DNA of 64,000 nt from Tubulanus polymorphus (Eukaryota > Animalia > Nemertea), in assembly GCF_964204645.1 (NCBI RefSeq), contig NC_134035.1:2914001-2978000 (forward strand), in the 5' to 3' direction. Below the pieces are notes generated by a model. It did not search any database. It had not been told where the DNA came from and saw only the letters and a program-made list of their open reading frames with translations. Of the stretch, positions 27,325-39,107 are shown piece after piece. Both the position numbers and the translations under genes were made by a program. Position 1 is the first letter of the stretch; each line of letters starts with the position of its first letter.

Positions 27325-30300
27325 TAGGGGATATAGTTTATCTTACCCCAAAGTGAAGAAATGATTCTTGTGGAGCTTATCTTACTCCAAAGAGAAGATC
27401 CATGTATTACTAAATAAATAGGGGTTATATTCATCTTACCCCAAAGTAAAAGATTCTTACAGGGGTAGCTTATCTTACTCCAAAGAGAAAAGAGATTCTT
27501 ACAGGGGTAGTTTATCTTACCCCATAATAAAATGATTCTTACAGGGATAGCTTATCTTACCCCAAAGTAAAAGATTCTTACAGGGATAGCTTATTTTACC
27601 CCAAAGTAAAAGATTCTTACAGGAGCAGCTTGTCTTGTATTTCTTATGTTATATTTATCTTACCCGTAGGAAAAATGAGATTCTAACAGGGGTGGCTTAT
27701 CTTACCCCATAGTGAAATGATTCTGACAGGGGTAGCTCATCTTACCCCAAAGTGAAGATTCATGTATTACTAAATAGGGGTTATATTCATCTTACCCCAA
27801 AGTAAAAGATTCTCACAGGGGTAGTTTATCTTACCCCAAAGTAAAAGATTCTGACAGGGGTAGTTTATCTTACCCCAAAGAGAAGATCATGTATTGCTAA
27901 ATAAATAGGGGTTATATTCATCTTACCCCAAAGTAAAAGATTCTTACAGGGGTAGCTTATCTTACTCCAAAGAGAAAAGAGATTCTTACAGGGGTAGCTT
28001 ATCTTACCCCATAGTAAAAGATTCTTACAGGGGTAGCTTATCTTACCCCAAAGTAAAAGATTCTTACAGGGGTAGCTTATCTTACTCCAAAGGTAAAAGA
28101 TTCTTACAGGGGTAGTTTATCTTACCCCAAAGTAAAAGATTCTTACAGGGGTAGCTTATCTTACTCCAAAGGTAAAAGATTCTTACAGGGGTAGTTTATC
28201 TTACCCCATAGTAAAATGATTCTTACAGGGATAGCTTATCTTACCCCAAAGTAAAAAATTCTTACACGGTAGCTTATCTTACTCCAAAGGTAAAAGATTC
28301 TTACAGGGGTAGCTTATCTTACTCCAAAGGTAAAAGATTCTTACAGGGGTAGTTTATCTTACCCCATAGTAAAATGATTCTTACAGGGATAGCTTATCTT
28401 ACCCCAAAGTAAAACATTCTTACACGGTAGCTTATCTTACTCCAAAGGTAAAAGAGATTCTTACAGGAATAGCTTATCTTACCCCAAAGTAAACAGATTC
28501 TTACAGGGGCAGTTTATCTTACCCCAAAGAGAAGATTCATGTATTACTAAATAAATAGGGGTTATATTTATCTTACCCCAAAGGTAAAAGATTCTTACAG
28601 GGGTAGTTTATCTTACCCCAAAGTAAACAGATTCTTACAGGGGTAGCTTATCTTACCCCGAAAAGAAGATCGGGGTTTGAACTCACAGACTGAGCTCAAA
28701 CTAGTAAGCCTTACCTCTCCTCAAGGGTACATAACATACACCGAGCTTATCTTACCCCAAGTGAAACATTTTTACAGGGGTTGTAGCCTATCTTACCTCA
28801 AAGTGAAGAAAAGATTCTGACAAGTTTTTCTTTTATTAATAATGTTATATTTATCTTACCCGTAGGAGAAATGAGATTCTAGGAGTAGTTTACCCAAAAG
28901 TGATATGATTCTTACAGGGGTAGCTCATCTTACCCCAAAGTGAAGAAAAGATACAGGAGCAGTTTGTCTTGTATTTTTACGATAGATATTTTTCTAAGAA
29001 ATGTTGCTGCTTATGAGAGAAATGAGATTCTAACAGGGGTAGTTTATCTTACCCCACAGGGCAAAGAGATTCTAACAGGAGCAGTTTAGCAGTTTATCTT
29101 GCCCCGAAGTGAAAACATTTTTCCAGGGGTAGCTTATCTTACCCCAAAGAGAAGAGATTCTTACAGGAGCAGTTTGTTTTCCCCCAAAATAAACAGATTC
29201 TTACAGGGGTAGTTTATCTTACCCCAAAGAGAAGATTCACTGAATAAACAGGGTAGCTTATCTTACCCCAAAGATTCTCACAGGGGAAGTATGTCTTACC
29301 CCAAAGAGAAGATTGTTTGGGGTTTGAACTCATCTAGTTAGCCATACCTCTCCTCAAGGGTACTTAACATACATCAAGCTTATCTTACCCCAAGTGAAAC
29401 ATTTTTACAGGGGTTACATTTATCTTATCCCAACGGAAAAAGTTTGTTGCAGGGGTAGTTTATCTTACCCCAAAGTAAGAAAAGATTCTTACATGAACAG
29501 TTTACTTTCCCCAAAAAGAAAAGATTCATGTATAACTAAACAAGGGTTGTAGTTTATTTTACCCAAAAGGTAAAAAAAACACTTTTACAGGACTATTTTA
29601 TCTAGGTCAAAAGTGAAAAGCATATATCACCACTACAGATTCATGCCTTACTAAACAGGGTTTGTAGCTTAACCTACCCCAAAGTATAATACGATTCTTA
29701 CAGGGGTAGCTTATCTTACCCCAAAGAGAAGATTCACTGAATAAACAGGTTAGCTTATCTTACCCTAAAGTAAAAATAGATTCTTACATGAACAGTTTAT
29801 CTTTCCCCAAAAAGAAGAAAAGATTCATGTATTAATAAACAAGGGTTGTAGTTTATCTTACCCAAAAGGTAAAAAATAAACACTTTTACAGGACTAGTTT
29901 ATCTAGGTTAAAAGCATATATCACCACAAAGTACAGATTCATGCCTTACTAAACAGGGTTTGTAGCTTAACCTACCCCAAAGTAATAAGATTCTTACAGG
30001 GGAAGCTTATCTCGCCCCAAAAAGAAGATTGGGGTTTTAACTCACTGAGCTCAAACTAGTAAGCCATCCCTCTCCTCAAGGATAGCTATACATAACATAC
30101 ACCAAGCTTATTTATTCATTTATTAATTATCTATCTTACCCGTAGGAGAAAAGAGATTCTTACAGGTGTAGCTTATCTTACCCCCAAAGAAAAGATTCAC
30201 TGAATAAACAGGGTAGCTTATCTTACCCCAAAGAGAAGATTCACTGAATAAACAGGGGTTGTAGCTTATCTTACCCCAAAGATTCTGACAGGGGAAGTAT

Positions 30301-31040
30301 GTCTTACCCCAAAGAGAAGATTGTTTGGGGTTTGAACTCATCTAGTTAGCCATACCTCTCCTCAAGGGTACTTAACATACATCAAGCTTATCTTACCCCA
30401 AGTGAAACATTTTTACAGGGGTTACATTTATCTTACCCCAACGGAAAAAGTTTCTTGCAGGGGTAGTTTATCTTACCCCAAAGTAAGAATAGACTCTTAC
30501 ATGAACAGTTTATCTTTCCCCAAAAAGAAAAGATTCATGTATTACTAAACAAGGTTTGTAGCGTTTATCTTACCCCAAAAGAGAAGGGATTCTTACTCTT
30601 ACAGGAGCAGTATATTGATCTTTTACCCAAAAAGATTCTTGTATTACTAAAATAAACATGGGTAGTTTATCTTACCCCAAAGAGAAAGGAGATTCTAACA
30701 GGGGTATTCTGTAGTACCCCAAAGAGATTCTAACAGGGGTAGTAACCCTAATAATAAAAAGATTCTAACAGGGGTAGTTTATCTTACCCTAAAGAGACGA
30801 GATTCTAACAGGGGTAGCTTATCTTACCCCAAAGTGGAAATATTTTTACAGGTGCAGTTTATATAGGTCAAAAGTGAAAAGCTTATATTAGCACAAAGTA
30901 CAGATTCATGTATTGCTAAACAGGGGTTGAGAGCTTTAATCTTACCCCAAAGTGATTCCAACAGGTGCAGTTTATCTTACTTCAAAAAGAAGATTCTTGT
31001 ATTACTAAACTGGGGCGGTATTCAACTTATCCCAAAGTGA
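27325..31040. repeat. Degenerate ~40-bp satellite (AAAGATTCTTACAGGGGTAGCTTATCTTACCCCAAAGT) with higher-order duplications
   Basis: TATCTTACCCC recurs every ~40 bp. Larger blocks are duplicated, e.g. ~29220-29560 vs ~30225-30560. Confidence 0.92.
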
Positions 31041-31110
31041 AAAAAGATTCGTATGATAATAACCGATGCATCATTAACCGGGTATTGATACAAAAGTAAG
31101 TGTTAGATAC

Positions 31111-34100
31111 GCACATTCTAAAATTATAGACACCACACAAAAACCATAAGATTCTACTGCATTTGAATCGAACTATAACGTTGTCCGCCCTTCACGGAGG
31201 AAATAGTAAAGGGCTCAGAATTCATACAGAAAACAATAGTTTTAACGACAGTCTTAATAACGACACAGCTAAATTCTGGGAAGTAAAACCCATTTGGAAA
31301 TATGGTTATGAACGTCCATTTCAATCGTAATCTAATTTTGCTAGATTTTAATCTAAGTTTGCTCCGAATTGGTAATGAACGTCTCCATTTCAATTCTAAT
31401 GAAATAAATCATTTTGCAAAATTATCGAAGTCTAATTATACTTTTTCTTCCTACGTTATAATATGGCTGCCTCCTCTTTACGCTTTGTTTTAACTAATTA
31501 TCGCGCTCGCAACTTCTGCACGTTGAATGACAGAAGAAACTAAGCTATTTGTAACACAGCCGAGACGACTCAATGGTCACCGGGAAGAGCCCAGATACAC
31601 TTCTCTATTCCCTAATAAAAATTTGGGTGCGGGTAACAAAGTTATAATAGGAAAAGGCCGGCAGACTTAAAATTGGCCGACCTGAAGGAAAGAATTCTCA
31701 ATGTCACCAATTGATGCAGATCTCTAGATAAACGAATGCAGACCCCGCTCCAACTGCTGCCTTCCCAGTTAGGCGCCCTAGGCAGCGGACCCTCTGGCAG
31801 CCGCACCCTGCTGCGCAGAGGTGGTCCCGTCGTGTGGACGGGCGGCTGTCGGAGGGGGAGTTACGGGAGGTAAGCATCATCTCAACATCAATGAGATTTG
31901 ATATTGTACTAACCAGGTGGCGATCGCGTCACCGAAACCACCAGATGGCGATCCCACCATTTATGCCACCAGATGGAAATTTTACGCTTCATCAGCTAAT
32001 AACGAAAATGTTGCAGCCGCCGTGATATTTCAAGGTAAGACATATTCGATTTTAATCAATTAAATCTCAACATCGTCGAGAAGAAAATGTAGCCCCTGAT
32101 GCCACAGAAAATAGTAAGTCTACACATATTCATGATCCTATTTTAGATATGTCCGTTTGTAGCCAGACATTTTTGGTGGATGGGTTTATATATACTTATG
32201 TAAAAATGGCAAATCTCACTTGCCCGGGCGGAACCAAGAATTCTAAATAAGAGCTGAAACGTTCGTATTTTCAGTTGTACATATTGAATACACGCATACC
32301 AAGCGGTCCAGTTCCAGTTAAGATTTGACTCAGTAGAGTTAAAACATCAAAACGAGTTAATTCTATAACTAAATGATCGAAAATATCCATTTCGATTGTG
32401 ATCAAATTGATAAGTTTAACTAGATTCTCAAAGTCCACCAGATGGCGATCCCACCAGTTACGCCACCAGATGGCGATCCCACGCTTCATTAGCTGATAAT
32501 GAAAATGTTGCAGCCGCCGTGACATCTTAGGACGTATTCAATTTTAATCAATTAAATCTTAACATCATGATTGTTATTATATTATAGGAAGAAAATGCAG
32601 CTCTGCTGCAGTTGTCGCCGCACCTGCACCTGAGCCAGCCCGAAAAGGGCCAGCGTTGGTGCCGTGAAAGTAAGTTTGATTTGCGTCAAATCATTTTAAG
32701 TTCGATAATCTGGGCAGGGTTTTATAGACCACATCATTTTCTCCTAGGGGTAAATCCTCAACCTTGGCCCGATTTCATAGACCGGGTTTCAATGTTGCCC
32801 CTAGCGGTAAATCCTCAACATAGGTGACAACCACCATTGTAACAATGATAAACTATGGTAATAACTGACAAATTTTTAAATGTTTCCAGTTGTCCGAGCG
32901 TTCAAACCACTTTTCAAGTGATTTTCGCGTCTCTGCACCCACAGTTCATGGTTATTCATGAAGACTTGACCATTATTTCCTGTTTTAAGTCATGTAGATT
33001 ATTATCATTGTGGTTCACCAATGATTATGAGGATATTTTATTGTTTTCAAAATTTGCATCGGAAAAAGAATTATCCCTGAATCTCTCTGGTCCTACCGAG
33101 CTATTCACATATAAGAATCCCTGAACCTTTCCGGTCCTACCGAGCTATTCACATATAGAATCCCTGAACCTTTCCGGTCCTACCAAGTTATTCTGATACC
33201 GAATTCTCCAAACAGTAAGAAATCATTTAATGTTTCGATGATTTAATCAATGTTGATCGTTTTGTTTTTCCAGAGAGACGAAATGCCGTTACGGCGGTCG
33301 CCGCGGCTACAACGCCGTAGAGTAAGTTTGAATTGTTTACTGAGTTAGTGGTATTCCAGACCTGATAACGACTTTGAGAGTAGTGCCTCCATTTTTAAGA
33401 GCTTTGAAATATCAAAATACTTTCAAGATCACAATGATTTCTAGTTGTGGTTATTTTTCGATCTCTTTCATCTGAACCTTGGCTGTTGGAGGGGGAGTTA
33501 CGGGAGGTAAGCATCATCTCAATTTGTTTATTTAACAATCATTGAAGAGATTAGGCGGAATATCGCCGTGGATCCGCGGTATTTAGTTAATTTTTTGACG
33601 CGATGTAAGTACAACTTTTTGCACTTATATTATACTCTCTACTTTCTGTTTTCACTGATCACATCATTTTTCATCCCCCGCTCGTGTTGAGATAAATATC
33701 CTCAACGTATATTGAATAAAGTACTGGCTGTAATGGTGTAAAACTATCTCGCTCTATCCGTTATCAATTACACTTTCCTGTTCGACCGATAATCAGAAGA
33801 TTATGTATCAAAAGAAATCCTAAATTATCTCAAATACTGACAAAACTTGAGAGTGAGAAGCAAAAAACATTTTCATGCTGGTATCACGGTTCCCTCAGTT
33901 ATATGAATTCAGAATTCCCAAGTATTTCATGGGTGATTTTTCAATTTTCCCAAATGGCAATGAACACATATCGTCATGCAACAGTCAACATTTTAGCGGT
34001 GACTGGTTGATAAAGGTGATTTTCAAGGGAAATTGCTGAAGAAAGTTGCCCTTGGCAAATGCAACATGTGAAATATAATGAATTTCCCAAGTATTTTCCT

Positions 34101-34282
34101 GATATAAGGAAAATTTTTCAAATTCCCAAATATTTCTAAACCGGGAATTATTATTACAAAATTCCCAAGTTTTTCCCAATTTCCCTGTTCTGTGGGAACC
34201 ATACGGTATAATCCGCACATCGTAAACGGATGCATAGCAAAAATCGAAAAAATAATTTGGTGTCTATAATTTGAGAATGTAC
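31111..34282. mobile_element. Putative non-autonomous TIR element (~3.2 kb) carrying host exon fragments
   Basis: GCACATTCTAAAATTATAGACACCA (31111-31135) vs TGGTGTCTATAATTTGAGAATGTAC (34258-34282) is a 23/25 inverted match. No transposase ORF; no clean TSD. Confidence 0.55.
31736..33604 (+). pseudogene. Scrambled, inverted fragments of the 3' exons of the microexon gene family
   Basis: Exon-38 homologue 31736-31869 (..RRPRQRTLWQPHPAAQRWSRRVDGRLSEGELRE|gtaagc); exon-36 homologue ~32080-32113; frameshifted exon-36/33 chimera 32588-32669; exon-35 homologue 33274-33321 (RDEMPLRRSPRLQRRR); second exon-38 end ~33481-33506; exon-37 homologue 33539-33604 with dead acceptor (acaa). Flanking intron sequence is also homologous. 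Confidence 0.85.
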
Positions 34283-34744
34283 CTTTATAAGAATAACTTA
34301 GTATACATGTGACTAAATATACACATAACTAGACATACACATAACTAGACATACACAAACCTAGACATACACATGCCTAGACATACACATGACTAGACAT
34401 ACACATGACTAGACATACACATGACTAGATACACACATGACTAGATACACACATGACTAAGTATTCAGGTGACTAGTCAGAGACTGCATTCGTGTTTTAA
34501 TAGTTGTTATCATTGTTTCCAGAGGGTTGGAGAAACCTCTGGGGAGTTACTGGACATATCCCGTGAATCGTAGCGGTCTAACCAGGAAGATGACCATATC
34601 CAGACCAACCAGAATACCCGCTTTTGAAAACCCTCTTACATCTTCCCATATTGCTGGCTGAATGCGTGCTCGCGGCGCGTGTTGGGCGTAAATTCTTGAT
34701 ATCTGCACCGGCAACGTGGACCTGAGTAAAAGCTCAGCAACAAT

Positions 34745-35180
34745 TTAGAGGGGAGTGGGTAGACCAGGGAGGGAATAGGGCAGGACTATGGGAGAATTTG
34801 GGAGGGGAGCAGAAATGGGAGTAAGAGGGAGATAGAAAAGAGGTAAGGAGGAGGGCAGAGTATAAAGAGAAGAGGATATGAAGGAGGGAGGGATGCAGGG
34901 AGGGAGGGATGCAGGGAGGGAGGGAGGGATGCAGGGAGGGAGGACAAGAGGAAGTGAAAGAGGAGGGCAGAGCATAGAGAGAAGAGATTAGGGCAGGGTA
35001 GGGAAGAGGATGTGAAGAGGAAATGGAGAGAGGGAGGATCAGGTATGGGAGAGGATGAGAGGAAGAGGGTTAGGGTAAGGAGAGGATGGTAAAGGAGAGA
35101 GGCAAGAAACGTGGAAGGGAGGAGGAAAAGAAGAGAGAGGAGGAGCAGGGTAGAGGGTAGAGGAAAGAGGGAGCCAAAAC
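34745..35180. repeat. Purine-rich (GA) low-complexity tract
   Basis: Composition. Confidence 0.8.
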
Positions 35181-35987
35181 TAGGGATGCAATATCCAGTT
35201 ATACTAAGTGAAAATACCAAGAATTTACGTGCCAAGATAAATGGGGAGGGCCTACAAAAAAAAGTCTAAGAAAAAAAAACCTAAGAAAACGAAATACCTA
35301 AAAAAGTGTTTGGAAAAAAATCAGGAATTTCTGAAAATATTGTGACAAATTTTGAATATTTTTGCAATATGATTTTTAAGAATGGTCTAAAGAGCAACGA
35401 ACCCAGTTTCACGGAGTATAATTTGACAATGATTGGTTCTAACTCAATCCTAAACTGAATATCTTCGTGAAACTGGGCCCACATAGGAATACCAACCACC
35501 CCCACAACCCGCACCCATCCTCAACCATGTCCCTACACCCCATCCCAGGGTTTAATGGGTTCAGACGACACGCGTGAAGAACTAACAATCATTCTCGCAA
35601 AAACAGAACCAACATTCACTGTATACAACATTCACACACACACGCACACACATACTAAGAGAAGCTTCGTAATTGAAACGTTGAAATTAATTTCGAATAT
35701 TTCATTCAATTAATGGATTCACAAAAAAGTATCAACTCCTTAAACGAGTTTCCAAACGTTTTTGTTTAACTTTGCCTAGGATCGAAACATCACGAATTGT
35801 TATGAAATCCAAACTCCAAATCTATTTCAAATTTTCAATTACGTTCTTCTGAGAAAAAACAAAAGAAGACCAATCTTAATAATGATTATTTCAAAAATTT
35901 TCTAAAATATCAAAACATTCTCAGTAGTTCCCGACGCAGAAAAAATTTTGCCTAGAATTTTGCCTAAGTTAAACCTAATTTAACCTA

Positions 35988-36510
35988 ATATATTTTGTCT
36001 GGGATCGATTTTTTCGGATATTTCCTTGAATCATTTGAACACTTGCCTCAACTTGGGCTTAAACGACAAGTGAAACTGCGTACTCTGAATAAAACATTGT
36101 TTCTTATAATCCATTTTACACTGTATCGAAGAATTGTCAACAAGTCTAATAGGGAGAACAATAGACTCAATTTTTTTTAAATAAATCAAAAATAAATTAA
36201 GTTCAGAAATTAGCCTACACCTTTCATGCCTAAATACTGAAATATTTTCCAAATGATCAAAATTATAATTTGTCGGCTTGAAAAAATTGGAAACACGGTT
36301 AGAAATGAAAAAAATGGAGTCTCTTTTCTCTTATTCAACAAGAGTAGATTCTTTTTCTATCTTTCAATACAGCATAAAATGGATATAAAAGCTAGTTCAT
36401 TTAGACTGCACCGTTTCACTATCATATCAAGACCAAACTCGAGGCATGCGTTCAAAAGATTAAGAAAATTATCCCGAAAAATCTACCACAGACAGAAAAA
36501 TATAAGACTT
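35988..36510. mobile_element. Old MITE-like element with ~150-bp imperfect inverted arms (relatives at ~40300-40530 and ~61460-61885)
   Basis: 35990-36130 aligns to the reverse complement of ~36360-36505. Confidence 0.55.
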
Positions 36511-37499
36511 ATGTTAGATAAGAAAAAAAAAGAAAAAAAACCAAACTCCTTAAAATTGTAATAATAAAGCCTAAACTATCACTAAACCTAAACTATAAAA
36601 AAAAAAAAAGGTAGGAAGAGGGGGGCCAAGATCTCGGCACAGCGAGGCCAGGGGGGTTAGTGCACATCCTGCGCTCGCTAGGAGGGTACATGACCACCCT
36701 CCTGCAACCTCGGGAGGACCTCCTACTGCAGCCTCAGGAGGTCTTATGCCTCGTGCTACAGCCTCGCGAAATTTAAACCTCCTATTCCGTCACTTCCGAC
36801 GGAAATACGCCATTGCCAGCTGTGGAATAATGGGATGTATGTTTTGTGCGAGTTTATCTCCGGAAGGCCCGGATCTGCGGCCATCAACCCAGCACCGTAC
36901 GATTCATATCGAGATATGACTAGTAACTCCGAGAGGTAGCCCAACCATAGAAACAATGATAGCAACTAGTAAAACAGAATACAGAGTCTGACTAGTCACA
37001 AGAATACCTAGCCATGTATATACCTAGTCATGTGTACACCTAGTCATGTGTACATCCAGCCATGTGCACACCCAGCCATGCGCACACCTAGTCATGAGTA
37101 CATCCAGCCATGTGTACAACTGGTCATATGCATACTTAGTACCTGAATACATATGTACCAAGCACCTAACAGCACCTGCACCTAAAAGGATCTGCACCTG
37201 TACCTGAGAGCATCTGCACCTGTACCTAAAAGGATCTGCACCTGTACCTTATAGTATCTGCACTTGGAAAATTGACCGCAATTTTCGCAAAGAGTAATTT
37301 TTACTCAAATTGTTGAAAATTAGAAAATATTGACGAGGCGAACACGTCGAAAAAACGTTTGACACGCAAAATATTGTTTTAGAAAAAATCGGTTTAAAAA
37401 AATGCCGAGATATCGATCGACGGTTTTTCGAATAATCTGAACTCAATTGAGCTGATTATCAATTTATCGACTGATCGACTTTCAACTGACTACTACGAC

Positions 37500-38460
37500 C
37501 GAGTCACTGACTGACAAAGACTTACTGACTACTACTGATCATGACTGCTGTGATTGAGTGACTGCTACAGAGTCACAAATACTATTACTATTAATGACAA
37601 AATGACTGCTACGAGTCACTGACTACAACTTAGTGACTACTATTAACCAAAAAATGACTACTACAACTGACTTATAAAGACTTACTGACTACTACTGATC
37701 ATGACTGTTGTGATTGAGTGACTGCTACAGAGTCACAAATACTATTACTATTAATGTCAAAATGACTACTACGAGTCACTGACTACAAATTAGTGACTAC
37801 TACTAACCAAAAAATGACTACTACAACTGACTTATAAAGACTTACTGACTACTACTGATCATGACTGCTGTGATTGAGTGACTGCTACAGAGTCACCAAT
37901 ACTATTACTATTAATGACAAAATGACTACTACGAGTCACTGGCTACAAATAAGTGACTTCTATTAACCAAAAAATGACTACTACAACTGACTTATAAAGA
38001 CTTACTGACTACTACTGATCATGACTACTGTGATTGAGTGACTGCTACAGAGTCACCAATACTATTACTATTAATGACAAAATGACTACTACGAGTCACT
38101 GACAACTTAGTGACTACTACTAACCAAAAAATGACTACTACAACTGACTTATAAAGACTTACTGACTACTACTGATCATGACTGCTGTGATTGAGTGACT
38201 GCTACAGAGTCACCAATACTATTACTATTAATGACAAAATGACTACCACGAGTCACTGGCTACAAATTAGTGACTTCTATTAACCAAAAAATGACTACTA
38301 CAACTGACTTATAAAGACTTACTGACTACTACTGATCATGACTACTGTGATTGAGTGACTGCTACAGAGTCACCAATACTATTACTATTAATGACAAAAT
38401 GACTACTACGAGTCACTGACTACAAATTAGTGACTACTACTAACCAAAAAATGACTAGTA
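37500..38460. repeat. 160-bp tandem repeat built of GACTACT-like subunits (~6 copies)
   Basis: CTTACTGACT at 37521, 37681, 37841, 38001, 38158 and 38318. Confidence 0.95.
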
Positions 38461-38645
38461 TGACTGCGTAACTTGACTGAATGACTACACTACTACTGCT
38501 GATTAACTGACTACCATGACCGATGAAAAAAACTGTTTCGTTGAACTGCTGATTACCCGGATACAGGAAGCAGTTGAATCGTAAATGACCCAGTGAAGCA
38601 GTGAACAAACAAGCCTACCTCGTTACTGGATCATTTACGATTCAT

Positions 38646-39107
38646 CTACTCCCTGTACCCACGCCTAAACAAGACCGATTTTAAATCATGTAAAAGAGCC
38701 TTTGATCTATCCGAAGATAGAAGCTCCTCCCACGGTCCCACGGAACCGCGAGCCACCACCCGCACTTCGGCGCGGCATCGGTCGCTGGACAGAACTCTGT
38801 CCAGCGCCGAAACCGGGGCAGCGGCCAACGGCTCCACGGGGGCAGGAGGAACTCCTCTTACCTCCTCAACCTCCACGACCATCTCCTCTTCTACCAGTTC
38901 CGGCTCCGGCTCCGGCTCCGGGACCGGTTCAAACACCGGTTCCGGTTCCGGCTCCGGCTCCGGCACCGCCTCCACCACCTCCGGAACTGCCACGACGCCG
39001 ATCTCCTCCCCTCCGCCACCGCGTCGCTCCCCCTCGGGAGGCGCCACACCACCGCGACGAACCGCCGGACGGCGTCGTCTTCGATGCCGAGCGGTGCGCG
39101 TGCCCGT
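38646..39107 (-). CDS. Terminal coding exon 39 (Arg-rich, then acidic (EP)n region, then stop)
   Basis: Acceptor cttttttttgcag; GC-rich; TGTRTARHRRRRRPAV...EPEPEPEP...LFRRGYRE-TAG; phase 0 matches the exon-38 donor. Confidence 0.85.
   Translation of the reverse strand, partial: TGTRTARHRRRRRPAVRRGGVAPPEGERRGGGGEEIGVVAVPEVVEAVPEPEPEPEPVFEPVPEPEPEPELVEEEMVVEVEEVRGVPPAPVEPLAAAPVSALDRVLSSDRCRAEVRVVARGSVGPWEELLSSDRSKALLHDLKSVLFRRGYRE

Larger units (their letters stand above)
34300..37160. mobile_element. Foldback-like element with long imperfect inverted termini containing 16-bp tandem repeats
   Basis: (ACTAGACATACACATG)n at ~34310-34460 is mirrored by (CATGTGTACACCTAGT)n-like units at ~37010-37140. 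34471-34580 aligns to the reverse complement of ~36890-36997. Exact ends uncertain. Confidence 0.6.
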
